Assembly: GCA_050185275.1 (NCBI GenBank) | Contig: JBFWZN010000001.1 | Location: 202,621-266,620, forward strand | Source of the DNA: Vicinamibacterales bacterium | GTDB taxonomy: Bacteria > Acidobacteriota > Vicinamibacteria > Vicinamibacterales > UBA2999 | DNA: 64,000 nt | Direction of reading: 5' to 3' | Position numbers and translations under genes: made by a program | In this document: piece after piece, positions 9,840-18,463 of the stretch | How the letters are laid out: the number at the start of each line of letters is the position of its first letter | How positions within the stretch are numbered: position 1 is the stretch's first letter | Notes under the pieces: model-generated | Told to the model about the DNA's origin: nothing | The model's input: the letters and a program-made list of their open reading frames with translations, nothing else | The model's database searches: none

Positions 9840-10340
9840 ATGACCACACGCCGTCAGCTGCTCGTCGTGCTCGGGACCGGCGCCGTGCTGGCGCCGCTCG
9901 TGCCGCGTATCTGGAATGCGACGGAGGACAGGGCATTGACCGACCGGACGTTTCCCGTGGACAAGTCAGACGCGCAGTGGCGGGCCGAGTTGACGCCGGA
10001 ACAGTTCCAGGTGCTCCGCGAGCACGGCACCGAGCGGGCCTTCACGAGCCCCCTGGACGGCGAGACGCGCGATGGCGTCTTCGTCTGCGCTGGATGTGGT
10101 CAGGAGCTCTTCAGCTCCGAGACGAAGTACGACAGCGGCACCGGCTGGCCCAGCTTCTTCCGGCCGGAGGCGGGCGCCGTCGGCACGACTGTCGACCGGC
10201 GCTGGTTCATGGTGCGGACGGAGGTGCACTGCGCACGGTGCGGCGGCCATCTTGGCCACGTCTTCCCCGACGGGCCGGCGCCGACCGGTGAGCGGTATTG
10301 CATGAACGGGGCGGCGCTCCGTTTCGTGCCGCGCGGATGA
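9840..10340 (+). CDS. msrB: peptide-methionine (R)-S-oxide reductase MsrB with a Tat-type signal
   Basis: N-terminus is MTTRRQLLVVLGTGAVLAPL (twin arginine plus hydrophobic stretch). Zinc CxxC pairs (CAGCGQELF; CARCGGHLGHVF), GTGWPSF, and catalytic ERYCMNG. GAGGAG Shine-Dalgarno upstream. Confidence 0.92.
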   Translation: MTTRRQLLVVLGTGAVLAPLVPRIWNATEDRALTDRTFPVDKSDAQWRAELTPEQFQVLREHGTERAFTSPLDGETRDGVFVCAGCGQELFSSETKYDSGTGWPSFFRPEAGAVGTTVDRRWFMVRTEVHCARCGGHLGHVFPDGPAPTGERYCMNGAALRFVPRG

Positions 10341-10356
10341 GCAACCGGAGGAAGTC

Positions 10357-11139
10357 ATGCGGCAGCGTCTGATTCTGGTGGCAGCCATCGTGTTCGGCCT
10401 GGGGTATGCCTGGCTCGGTGGAGGATTCGCCGGGTGGTGGCCCGACGGCACGCCGACGACGCCCGCCCCGAGGGTCGAACGTCAGCCGGCCTCGGGGCCC
10501 GCCGTGGAGCCCGGCACGGCCATGGAAGGCGTTGCGGAGAGCACCGGCTCGACGGACCAGCTGGGCGGCCCGCAGAGCGGCGCGGGCCAGGCGGCCGACG
10601 CCGGCAATCCGCGAACGGCCACGGCGATCTTCGCCGCGGGATGTTTCTGGTGTGTCGAGGCCGACTTCGACAAGGTGCCCGGAGTGCTGGCGACGATCTC
10701 GGGTTTCACCGGCGGTGACGTCCCCAGCCCCACCTACGCGGACGTGTCCCGCGGCGGAACCGGGCACACCGAGGCGGTCGAGGTGACCTACGATCCCGAC
10801 GTCGTCAGCTACGAGGATCTCCTCGGCTACTTCTGGCACCACGTCGATCCCTTCGTGGCGCATCGCCAGTTCTGCGATGTGGGCAACCAGTACCGGCCCG
10901 GCATCTTCTACCGTGACGAGGCCCAGCGCACGGCGGCGGAGGCGTCGAAGGCACGCCTGCAGGAGCAGTTCGACGATCCCGTCGTCGTCGAGGTCTCGCC
11001 GGCTGGCCCCTTCTATCCCGCCGAGGCCTACCACCAGGACTACTACCAGAAGAACGGTCTGCAGTATCGCTACTACCGCTGGGGCTGTGGTCGCGACGCC
11101 CGACTCGCCGAGATCTGGGGCGAGCACCCCTCGGAGTAG
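10357..11139 (+). CDS. msrA: peptide-methionine (S)-S-oxide reductase MsrA with an N-terminal membrane anchor and long linker
   Basis: GCFWCVE active-site motif, GHTEAVEVTYDP and YHQDYY. The N-terminal TM helix (LILVAAIVFGLGYAWLGGGFAGWW) is followed by about 70 aa of Pro/Gly/Ala-rich linker. Confidence 0.92.
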   Translation: MRQRLILVAAIVFGLGYAWLGGGFAGWWPDGTPTTPAPRVERQPASGPAVEPGTAMEGVAESTGSTDQLGGPQSGAGQAADAGNPRTATAIFAAGCFWCVEADFDKVPGVLATISGFTGGDVPSPTYADVSRGGTGHTEAVEVTYDPDVVSYEDLLGYFWHHVDPFVAHRQFCDVGNQYRPGIFYRDEAQRTAAEASKARLQEQFDDPVVVEVSPAGPFYPAEAYHQDYYQKNGLQYRYYRWGCGRDARLAEIWGEHPSE

Positions 11140-11190
11140 TCCGCGCGTCGCGCGCGCACGACCCGCTGCGCCCGCCTTCCCAGCCTGGCA

Positions 11191-11211
11191 CCTGTGCGCC
11201 TACCGCACAGG
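11191..11211 (+). terminator. candidate stem-loop terminator downstream of msrA
   Basis: Perfect 8-bp inverted repeat CCTGTGCG-ccTAC-CGCACAGG about 50 nt after the msrA stop. There is no U-tract, so function is uncertain. Confidence 0.35.
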
Positions 11212-11409
11212 CCACGTCCCCGTGACGCGCCGATAGCCCAGCGGCCCATTCGCGCGCCCTCCCCTGCAGATTGCCCAACCGACGCCGATAGAGTGGGTTA
11301 GCGCGTGAGCCGCGCGTCTCGTGCACTCGTGGGCGACCGTGGGGCACCAGCGGCACATGCGGGCAACGGTTGCGCGACACACGCGAAGCTTCGCAGGAAC
11401 GACACACAC

Positions 11410-12852
11410 ATGCACGCACACCGACCGCGCCTGCTCGTCGTCGACGACGACCCGTCGATCCTCACGCTCGTCGGGCGCATCGCCGAGGGCGAGGGCTTCG
11501 ACGTGGGCACCGCCCTCACCGGCGAAGATGCCCTGGCGCGCATCCGTCGCGCACCGGCCGATGTGGTGTTGCTCGACTCACGGATGCCGGGTGCCGACGG
11601 CCTCGACGTCCTGCGGTCGCTGCGGGAACTGGTGCCCCGCTGCCGCGTGGCGCTGATGACCGGCTACGGCACGATCGACAGTGCGGTGGAGGCCATCAAG
11701 CTGGGCGCCATCGACTATCTGACCAAGCCCTTCGACCTGCCCCGGCTGCGTGCCCTGCTGACGAGCGTGCGCGAGGACGCGGCGCAGCGCCGTGCGGTCT
11801 TCGCGCTCGAACGCGATCTGGCACAGCGCCTCGAGTTCTGCGGGATGGTGGGTCGCGGTCCGGCCATGCAGGATCTGTTCGAGCTGATCCGGCGCCTGGC
11901 GCCGCACGTGCGCACGACCCTCGTCTCTGGCGAGACAGGGACCGGCAAGGAACTGGTGGCTCGGGCGCTGCACCAGCTGGGGCCGCGTAACGGGCGCCGC
12001 TTCGTGACGGTCAACTGCTCGGCGGTCGTGGAGACGCTGTTCGAGAGCGAGCTGTTCGGACACGTGCGCGGCGCCTTCACGGGTGCCACCGAGCACAAGG
12101 CCGGGCTGTTCGAGGCCGCCGATGGCGGCACGCTCTTCCTGGACGAAGTGGGGGAGCTGCCGCTGACGGTGCAGGCGAAGCTGCTGCGCGTGCTCGAGGC
12201 GGGGGAGGTGCAGCGCGTCGGCTCGCTGCAGCCCCGCACGGTGGATCTGCGCATCGTGGCCGCCACCAACCGCGATCTGCGCGCCGAAGTGGCGGAGGGA
12301 CGCTTCCGCGGAGACCTGTACTACCGCCTGAACGTGGTGGAGATTGTGCTGCCCCCGCTCCGGGAGCGGCGGGAGGACATCCCGTACCTGACTGCCGCAT
12401 TCGTGCGGGCCTTCTCGCAGCGATTCGGAAAACCGCTAGCCGGCCTGACACCGGGCGCCGAGCGACTGCTCTCCGATGCCAGCTGGGAGGGCAACGTTCG
12501 CCAGCTGCGCAACGTCATCGAGCGCGCGTGCATCCTGGCGAGCGGGGAATTCGTGGGCGAGGCCGACCTGGCGGGCAGCATGGTGGAGCAGCGGTTCGTG
12601 GCCGCGCCGGCTCCGCCGGCACGGGGACCGCGCAGCGACGCGTCATCGCCCCTGCCACTCTCGGAGGTGGAGCGCGAGCATATCGTGCGCACGCTCCAGC
12701 AGGTGCGGGGAAACAAGGCTGTTGCGGCGCGACTGCTCGGCGTGAGCCGGCGCGCCTTCTATCGTCAACTCGAACGGCACGGGCTGCATCAGCGCGTGCC
12801 GACATCCCCCCGCGGCAGCGCCCCCCTGGCGGCTGTCGCACAGGTGTTCTGA
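11410..12852 (+). CDS. sigma54-dependent response regulator (NtrC/Fis family: REC, AAA+, HTH)
   Basis: Start at internal [20 protein letters not shown] domain ([14 protein letters not shown]...TGYG...YLTKPF). AAA+ Walker A (SGETGTGKE), GAFTGA sigma54-contact motif and ESELFGH. C-terminal Fis-type HTH ([20 protein letters not shown]). Confidence 0.9.
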   Translation: MHAHRPRLLVVDDDPSILTLVGRIAEGEGFDVGTALTGEDALARIRRAPADVVLLDSRMPGADGLDVLRSLRELVPRCRVALMTGYGTIDSAVEAIKLGAIDYLTKPFDLPRLRALLTSVREDAAQRRAVFALERDLAQRLEFCGMVGRGPAMQDLFELIRRLAPHVRTTLVSGETGTGKELVARALHQLGPRNGRRFVTVNCSAVVETLFESELFGHVRGAFTGATEHKAGLFEAADGGTLFLDEVGELPLTVQAKLLRVLEAGEVQRVGSLQPRTVDLRIVAATNRDLRAEVAEGRFRGDLYYRLNVVEIVLPPLRERREDIPYLTAAFVRAFSQRFGKPLAGLTPGAERLLSDASWEGNVRQLRNVIERACILASGEFVGEADLAGSMVEQRFVAAPAPPARGPRSDASSPLPLSEVEREHIVRTLQQVRGNKAVAARLLGVSRRAFYRQLERHGLHQRVPTSPRGSAPLAAVAQVF

Positions 12853-13842
12853 ATGGAGTCCATGTCACAGTCGCCGCGTCAGAGCCGGGTCCTCGTGGCC
12901 GACGACGCCGAGAGCATCCGGGCGCTCTTCAAGAAGCTGCTCACGACCGACGGGCACGAGGTGATCTCGGCCGAGGACGGCGCTCAGGCTCTCGACGCGG
13001 TCCGCGAGTACCATCCGGACGTCGTGCTGCTCGACGTGACGATGCCGCGGCTCAACGGCCTCGAGGTGTGCCGCCAGCTCAAGTCCGATCCGGCGACGCG
13101 GCTGACGCCCGTGGTGCTGGTGACGGGGCTCTCCGAACTCTCGGATCGGATCAAGGGCATCGAGGCCGGCGCCGACGAGTTCCTCTCCAAGCCCGTCCAT
13201 CCGCACGAACTGCGCGCGCGGGTTGGTTCGCTGACCCGGATGAAGCACCTGATCGACGCCCTCGACTCAGCCGAGGCGGCCTTCATGACCCTGGCGCTGA
13301 CCATCGAAGCCCGTGATCCGCACACCAACGGGCACTGTGAGCGCCTTGCCCGGCATGCGGTGCAGCTGGGTCGCGCCCTGGGCCTTCCGCCCGAGGACCT
13401 GCACGCGCTGGACCGCGGCGGCTACCTCCACGACGTGGGCAAGGTCGGTGTGCCGGACGCCGTGCTGCTGAAGCCAGGGCCCCTCACGCCGGAGGAGTTC
13501 GCGCTGATGAAGCGGCACACCGAGATCGGCGATGCCCTGTGCGCGCCCCTGCAGTCGCTGCGCCGCGTCCGCCCCATCGTCAAGAGCCATCACGAGCGCC
13601 TCGACGGCTCCGGATACCCGGAGGGCCTGGCCGGCGACGACGTGCCCGTCCTCGCGCAGATCGTCGGCATCGTGGACGTCTTCGATGCGCTGACGTCGCA
13701 TCGTCCGTACCGGCCCGCGTGGTCGTCCGAGGATGCCGCCAAGCACCTGCTCATGCAGATGGAGGAGGGCAAGTTCTCGCGCCGGTTCGTCGAGGCCTTC
13801 CTCGAGACGCTCAAGACGCCTTCCGACGTTCCGGTCCACTGA
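12853..13842 (+). CDS. response regulator with an HD-GYP domain (RpfG-like c-di-GMP phosphodiesterase type)
   Basis: The ATG directly follows the upstream stop. REC domain (VLVADDAESI...DVVLLDVTMPRLNG...KP). HD-GYP signatures: HCERLA, YLHDVGKVGVPD and HHERLDGSGYPEGL. Confidence 0.9.
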   Translation: MESMSQSPRQSRVLVADDAESIRALFKKLLTTDGHEVISAEDGAQALDAVREYHPDVVLLDVTMPRLNGLEVCRQLKSDPATRLTPVVLVTGLSELSDRIKGIEAGADEFLSKPVHPHELRARVGSLTRMKHLIDALDSAEAAFMTLALTIEARDPHTNGHCERLARHAVQLGRALGLPPEDLHALDRGGYLHDVGKVGVPDAVLLKPGPLTPEEFALMKRHTEIGDALCAPLQSLRRVRPIVKSHHERLDGSGYPEGLAGDDVPVLAQIVGIVDVFDALTSHRPYRPAWSSEDAAKHLLMQMEEGKFSRRFVEAFLETLKTPSDVPVH

Positions 13843-13843
13843 G

Positions 13844-15385
13844 ATGGGTCGTCCGGAACGGGTCGGGCCGGTTGGGCCCGATGGCCCGTGGCCGGCGGGC
13901 GATGCCCTCGACACGGCATGGGCCCGCGCCGTCGATGGGCTGCTGCTCGTCGGCGCGGACGGGCTCGTGCTCGCCGTGAACCAGGCCGCCTCGGCGCCAC
14001 TGGCGCACCTGGGCGGATCGCCGGGCCGCCACCTGCCCGAGCCGCTCCAGGCCGCGATCGCGCAGCGGGGGCTGCGCCGCGTCGAGGTGCCGGCGGCCGA
14101 CGGCCGGACACGGCTCTTCGAGTGCCAGGCCCCCGCGGACCAGGGCGACGGCCCGGCGCTGCTGGTCCTGCGCGACGTGACCGACCGGCTGCGGCTCGAT
14201 CGACAGGCCCACCAGGCGGAGACGATGGTGGCGGTCGGGCGCCTGGCCGGCGGCATCGCCCACGATCTCAATAACATCCTCACGGCCATCGTCGGCTTCG
14301 GCACGCTGGTCGCCGAGGCCGTGCGGGAGCACAGCGACGCGTCGCAGAGTGCGCGCGAGGTGCTCGATGCGGCCGAACGCGCCACCGTCCTGACCCGCCA
14401 GCTGCTGGCGTTCGGCCAGCGCCAGATCCTGCACCCGACGCGGGTGGACGTGGGGCCGACCGTGCGCGAGGCCCTGCCCGGCCTGCGGGAGCGACTCGGG
14501 CCTGGCGCAACGCTGGAGGTCGTCACCCCACCGCATGTGCCCCCGGTGCGCGTGGACGAGCGTCAGCTGGTGACCGTGCTCGATCACCTCCTCGACAACG
14601 CCCGCGAGGCCGTGCGCGGACACGGCGCCGTCACCATCGAAGCGGACGACGTGGTGCTGGATCAGCCCTACTGCGACACGCACGTCAGCGTGCGGCCCGG
14701 GCACTACGTGCGGCTCGCGGTCAGCGACACCGGTGTCGGCATTCCCGCCGACGTACAACCCCGGGTGTTCGAACCGTTCTTCACCACCAAGGAGAAAGGG
14801 ACTGGCAGCGGCCTGGGACTCGCCACGGTGTACGGCATCGTGAAGCAGAGCGGCGGCTACGTCTGGATCTACAGCCAGCCCGGGGTGGGAACGACGGTGA
14901 AGGTCTACCTGCCGGTCGACGACTCGGGCCGCACGCGGCCGGCCGCCGTCGTCGAGGCCCGGGGCGAGGCGCCGGAGACCGGTACCGTCCTGCTCGTCGA
15001 GGACGCCGACGCCATCCGGCAGTTGGCGCGCGACGTGCTGCGTCGGGCGGGCTACCGCGTCCTCGAGGCATCCGATGCCGAGCAGGCCGTGGAGATGGCC
15101 ACCACGCATGACGGCGCGATCGATGCGCTCGTCACCGACGTGATCATGCCCGGCGCCAGCGGCGTGGACCTGGCCCGCACCCTGGCCGCGCACCGACCGG
15201 GTCTCCAGGTCCTCTACATGTCCGGCTACACCGACAACGCGGTGGTACGCAACGGGCTGCTGGCCGACGAGGCGCCGTTCCTGCAGAAGCCCTTCACGCC
15301 GCGGGACCTGCTCGAGAAGGTCCGTCAGGTGTTCGGCGCGGCGGTGTCGGGCGTGCCTCAGCCGAAGAGCGAGTCCGGCCCATAG
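13844..15385 (+). CDS. hybrid sensor histidine kinase (PAS-like, HisKA, HATPase, REC)
   Basis: Start at internal MGRPERV, 1 nt after the upstream stop. PAS-like N-terminus. H-box VAVGRLAGGIAHDLNNILTAI. N/G boxes (LLDNAREA; DTGVGI; GTGSGLGLATVYGIV). C-terminal REC (VLLVEDADAIR...DALVTDVIMPGASG...KPF). Confidence 0.9.
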   Translation: MGRPERVGPVGPDGPWPAGDALDTAWARAVDGLLLVGADGLVLAVNQAASAPLAHLGGSPGRHLPEPLQAAIAQRGLRRVEVPAADGRTRLFECQAPADQGDGPALLVLRDVTDRLRLDRQAHQAETMVAVGRLAGGIAHDLNNILTAIVGFGTLVAEAVREHSDASQSAREVLDAAERATVLTRQLLAFGQRQILHPTRVDVGPTVREALPGLRERLGPGATLEVVTPPHVPPVRVDERQLVTVLDHLLDNAREAVRGHGAVTIEADDVVLDQPYCDTHVSVRPGHYVRLAVSDTGVGIPADVQPRVFEPFFTTKEKGTGSGLGLATVYGIVKQSGGYVWIYSQPGVGTTVKVYLPVDDSGRTRPAAVVEARGEAPETGTVLLVEDADAIRQLARDVLRRAGYRVLEASDAEQAVEMATTHDGAIDALVTDVIMPGASGVDLARTLAAHRPGLQVLYMSGYTDNAVVRNGLLADEAPFLQKPFTPRDLLEKVRQVFGAAVSGVPQPKSESGP

Positions 15386-16824
15386 CGCCGGAGGTACGCG
15401 TCGAGATCCAGCTTGCGGACCGCGCTGTCCGAGGTCATGCAGCGGATCGTCCCGAAGACGGGTCGCTCGGGCCACGGCCGATCGTAGCGGCCCAACACCC
15501 AGAAGATGCCCGAGTACGAGTTCGGGTCGCGCCCGTCGAGGGCGTACTTGTTGTTCAGCTGGATCATCACCGTCAGCGCCGACTCCGGCGTGTCCGTCCA
15601 CTCCAGGATCTTCTTGCCCCAGAGCATGCGCATGTAGTTGTGCAGGCGGCCGTCGCGCACCAGTTCCCGTTGCGCGGCATTCCAGACCCGGTCGTGCGTG
15701 CGCGCGGTCTCGAACTCCTCGAGCGAGTAGCGGAAGGGCCGCGGATCGTCGCCGTGCGCGGCCAGCGTGGCACGGGCCCAGGCCGGCAGCGAGGCGTACT
15801 CCGCGTAGTCGGGCCGCAGCGCACACATGTTGAAGCCGAGTTCCCGCCAGACCAGGAGTTCGTCGAGGAAGGCCTCGAGTTCCGGCGCCACGCCCCACCA
15901 GCCGGCCTTGCTGCCGGTGGCGCGGGCGGGCAGCACGCCCAGCCATCCGGCCCGCCGCATCGCGGTCGTGAAGATCTCGTGCACGCCCAGGTGCCCGGTG
16001 TGCAGGTAGGGCGACAGCCGGCTCGTGCCCTCGCGGTCCGGGTGGGAGCGGTCCTCGCTGTAGCGCGGCAGGCCGGACTCGAGGAAGCGCGTCAGGCAGG
16101 CACGGGCCGCCTGTGTGCCGCCCCTGGTCGCGACCGGCCGCACGCCGTGATCGATGGGGAGGGCGGCAAGCGCGTCGTCGGCCGTCGCGAGGTGTTCGAG
16201 GTCGGCGATCGGCCACTGGCGGGTGATGGCCAGGGGCAGGGCGGGCAGGGCACCGGTCAGTCGGCGCAGCGGCCGCGCCGACGGCCCGTGGGGCAGGTGC
16301 TCGTGGATCGTCTTCTGGAAATGGCGCCGGAACGCGTGCGCGCTCGGATAGACCTGGGTCGTGGCCCGCATGGGGAGCAGGCCGTTGCCGTCGATCGCCT
16401 CGAGCGTGACGTCGAGGCGACCTGCCACGGCGGCGATGGCCTCGGACACGACCCGCGTGGGGTAGTCGTCGGTGACCACGACGCAGGCCTCGGTTGCCAA
16501 TGCCAGGAGCAGCGCGTCGGTGTCGCCGGGCGCCTGCCCGACATAGGGGTAGTACTGGACCGGACTGCCGGCAAAGGCCTCGCGATTGTCGCGCATGCCC
16601 TCGACGATGAAGCGGTGGAAGCGATCGCTGGCCCACGGCTCGTCACACGCCAGCGTTTCGAGCACGACGAGCGGCCGGTCGAGCCGGAGGGCCCATGCCA
16701 CGGCCGCGTCGAGCGGGGGATTCCAGGCCGCCCGGCGCTGGGTCGTCATCCAGTAGAGCACGTAGGCGCGCTCCTGCCGGACCGGGGCGTCATTGCAGGC
16801 GCGAACGCGGACAGAGGGAACCAT
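15358..16824 (-). CDS. deoxyribodipyrimidine photolyase, class II-like
   Basis: Start at internal MVPSVRVRACNDAP (cat at 16822-16824). Motifs seen: YVLYWMTTQRR, SRLSPYLHTGHL, and HNYMRMLWGKKILEWT, which resembles the class II photolyase signature. The 3' end overlaps the convergent kinase gene by 28 nt. Confidence 0.88.
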   Translation of the reverse strand: MVPSVRVRACNDAPVRQERAYVLYWMTTQRRAAWNPPLDAAVAWALRLDRPLVVLETLACDEPWASDRFHRFIVEGMRDNREAFAGSPVQYYPYVGQAPGDTDALLLALATEACVVVTDDYPTRVVSEAIAAVAGRLDVTLEAIDGNGLLPMRATTQVYPSAHAFRRHFQKTIHEHLPHGPSARPLRRLTGALPALPLAITRQWPIADLEHLATADDALAALPIDHGVRPVATRGGTQAARACLTRFLESGLPRYSEDRSHPDREGTSRLSPYLHTGHLGVHEIFTTAMRRAGWLGVLPARATGSKAGWWGVAPELEAFLDELLVWRELGFNMCALRPDYAEYASLPAWARATLAAHGDDPRPFRYSLEEFETARTHDRVWNAAQRELVRDGRLHNYMRMLWGKKILEWTDTPESALTVMIQLNNKYALDGRDPNSYSGIFWVLGRYDRPWPERPVFGTIRCMTSDSAVRKLDLDAYLRRYGPDSLFG

Positions 16825-16829
16825 GCGAG

Positions 16830-16835
16830 TACAAT
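16830..16835 (+). promoter_or_regulatory. -10-like TACAAT, 7 nt upstream of the bacilliredoxin ATG (possible leaderless transcript)
   Basis: TACAAT-ctagcgc-ATG. On the opposite strand TAGATT (16838-16833) lies 8 nt upstream of the photolyase ATG. I see no convincing -35 element. Confidence 0.3.
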
Positions 16836-16842
16836 CTAGCGC

Positions 16843-17292
16843 ATGGCCTACCCAGAACCCTTCATCGCTCCGATGCGGGCCGAGCTCGTGGCGCTCGGCA
16901 TGGACGAACTCCGGACCCCCGCCGATGTCGATCGGCTGGTGTCCACTCCGGGCACCGTGATGATCGTGGTCAATTCCATCTGCGGCTGCGCCGCAGGGAA
17001 GGCCAGGCCCGGCATCGCCCTGGCGCTGCGCCACGGCAAGCGGCCCGACGCCAGCGGCACCGTGTTCGCGGGCGCCGATCTCGACGCCACCGCGCGCGCG
17101 CGGGAGCTGTTCGCCCCCTATCCGCCGTCCTCACCCTCGGTGGCACTGCTGCGCGACGGCAAACTCGTCTACCTGCTGCAGCGCCGCGACATCGAGACCC
17201 GCGACGCGCTCGGCATCGCCGAGCAGCTGTCGCGCGCCTTCGAGGAGCACTGCGACGCGGGCGCGCCGGCCGCGCCCGCCACGCACGGCTGA
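16843..17292 (+). CDS. BrxA/BrxB-family bacilliredoxin (YphP/YqiW, DUF1094-like)
   Basis: The family-typical N-terminus PMRAELVALGMDELRTPADVDRLV is followed by the redox motif VVNSICGCAAGKARPG. Confidence 0.8.
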   Translation: MAYPEPFIAPMRAELVALGMDELRTPADVDRLVSTPGTVMIVVNSICGCAAGKARPGIALALRHGKRPDASGTVFAGADLDATARARELFAPYPPSSPSVALLRDGKLVYLLQRRDIETRDALGIAEQLSRAFEEHCDAGAPAAPATHG

Positions 17293-17357
17293 CACCGCGT
17301 TTCTCGGACGCACACGGATCCCGCCCTCTCGCCAGGTGCCGGGAGCCGTGTGTGGCG

Positions 17358-18374
17358 TCAGCCGCCGCGCGTGTGCATCTCGAGATGGGGATCGCGGCGC
17401 AGTGAATCCACCGGGATGAGCGGTGCGCGGTCCCGCGTCTGCAGGCGGTGCTCGGCCCCGCGGTCGGCCCGGACGGCCCAGGCGTCGGCGACGATCGCGC
17501 GGAGCCGCTCGGGGGATGCGCCCGCCCGCAGCTGGCTGCGCAGGTCGGTGCCGGTGGTCGCGTACAGGCACTGGTACCACAGCCCGTCGGCGGTGAGGCG
17601 GCTCCGGTCGCAGTCGCGGCAGAACGGCGCGGTCGTCGAGGCAATGATCCCGAAGGTGGTGCCGTCCGCGAGACGGAAGCGCTCGGCCGGCGCGGCATCC
17701 CGCCCGCCAAGCGGCTCGATGGCGCCGTGCCGGCGCTCGATGGCGTCGAGGATGTCCGCCCTCGAGACGACGCTCGACCACGACCAGCCGGTCGCGCCAC
17801 CTACGTCCATGTACTCGATGAATCGAAGCTCCGCGCGGTGCCCGCGGGCGAAGTCGAGCATGGAGATCAGCTCGTCGTCGTTCACGCCCCGGATCACCAC
17901 CATGTCCAGTTTCAGGCCCTCGAAGATCGACGCGGCCACGCGGATGCCCTCGAGGACGCGAGAGAGTTCGTCGAACCGGGCCAGGTCCCGAAAGCGGTCG
18001 TGCCGGAGTGTATCGAGGCTCACCGTCAGACGATGGAGCCCCGCCTCCCGGAGCGACGTCGCCAGCGGCGCCAGGAGCACACCGTTGGTGGTCATGGCCA
18101 GGTCGCGCAGGCCAGGCCGCCCGGCCAGGCGGCGCACCAGCTGCGAGACGTCGCGCCGGAGCAGCGGTTCGCCCCCGGTGAGGCGGATCTTGTCCACGCC
18201 CAGGCCGAGGAAGACATCGACCAGCGTCTCGGTCTCCTCGAAGGTGAGCACGTCCTGCCTGGGCAGCCAGACGTAGTCCTCCTCCGGCATGCAGTAGCTG
18301 CAGCGCAGGTTGCAGCGGTCGGTGACCGACAACCGGAGGTTGCGAAGCGGCCGTCCCAGGCGGTCCGAAAGCAT
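17358..18374 (-). CDS. moaA: GTP 3',8-cyclase MoaA (radical SAM)
   Basis: Start at internal MLSDRLGRPL. Radical-SAM cluster motif LSVTDRCNLRCSYCMPEE, LTGGEPLLR, and the C-terminal cluster CRDCDRSRLTADG. Confidence 0.92.
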   Translation of the reverse strand: MLSDRLGRPLRNLRLSVTDRCNLRCSYCMPEEDYVWLPRQDVLTFEETETLVDVFLGLGVDKIRLTGGEPLLRRDVSQLVRRLAGRPGLRDLAMTTNGVLLAPLATSLREAGLHRLTVSLDTLRHDRFRDLARFDELSRVLEGIRVAASIFEGLKLDMVVIRGVNDDELISMLDFARGHRAELRFIEYMDVGGATGWSWSSVVSRADILDAIERRHGAIEPLGGRDAAPAERFRLADGTTFGIIASTTAPFCRDCDRSRLTADGLWYQCLYATTGTDLRSQLRAGASPERLRAIVADAWAVRADRGAEHRLQTRDRAPLIPVDSLRRDPHLEMHTRGG

Positions 18375-18463
18375 CCATCGATTATAGGTGTCAGGCGTGC
18401 GGGCGCCGTGTGCCGGCCGCGAGACCGGGCCGGCCCGGGCGCGTGCTACCATCTGAGCGCTTC

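Noticed and set aside
11186-11200. TGGCAC...GC sequence resembling a sigma54 -24/-12 promoter upstream of the sigma54-activator operon
   Set aside because: The GG-to-GC spacing is one nucleotide short of the strict consensus (TGGCAC-N5-TTGC), and the TTGC element is absent. The sequence is better explained as part of the 8-bp stem-loop after msrA.
13811-16636. 941-aa minus-strand ORF spanning the hybrid kinase and the photolyase
   Set aside because: It overlaps the kinase antisense and the photolyase out of frame. Both of those genes have strong family motifs, and this ORF has none.
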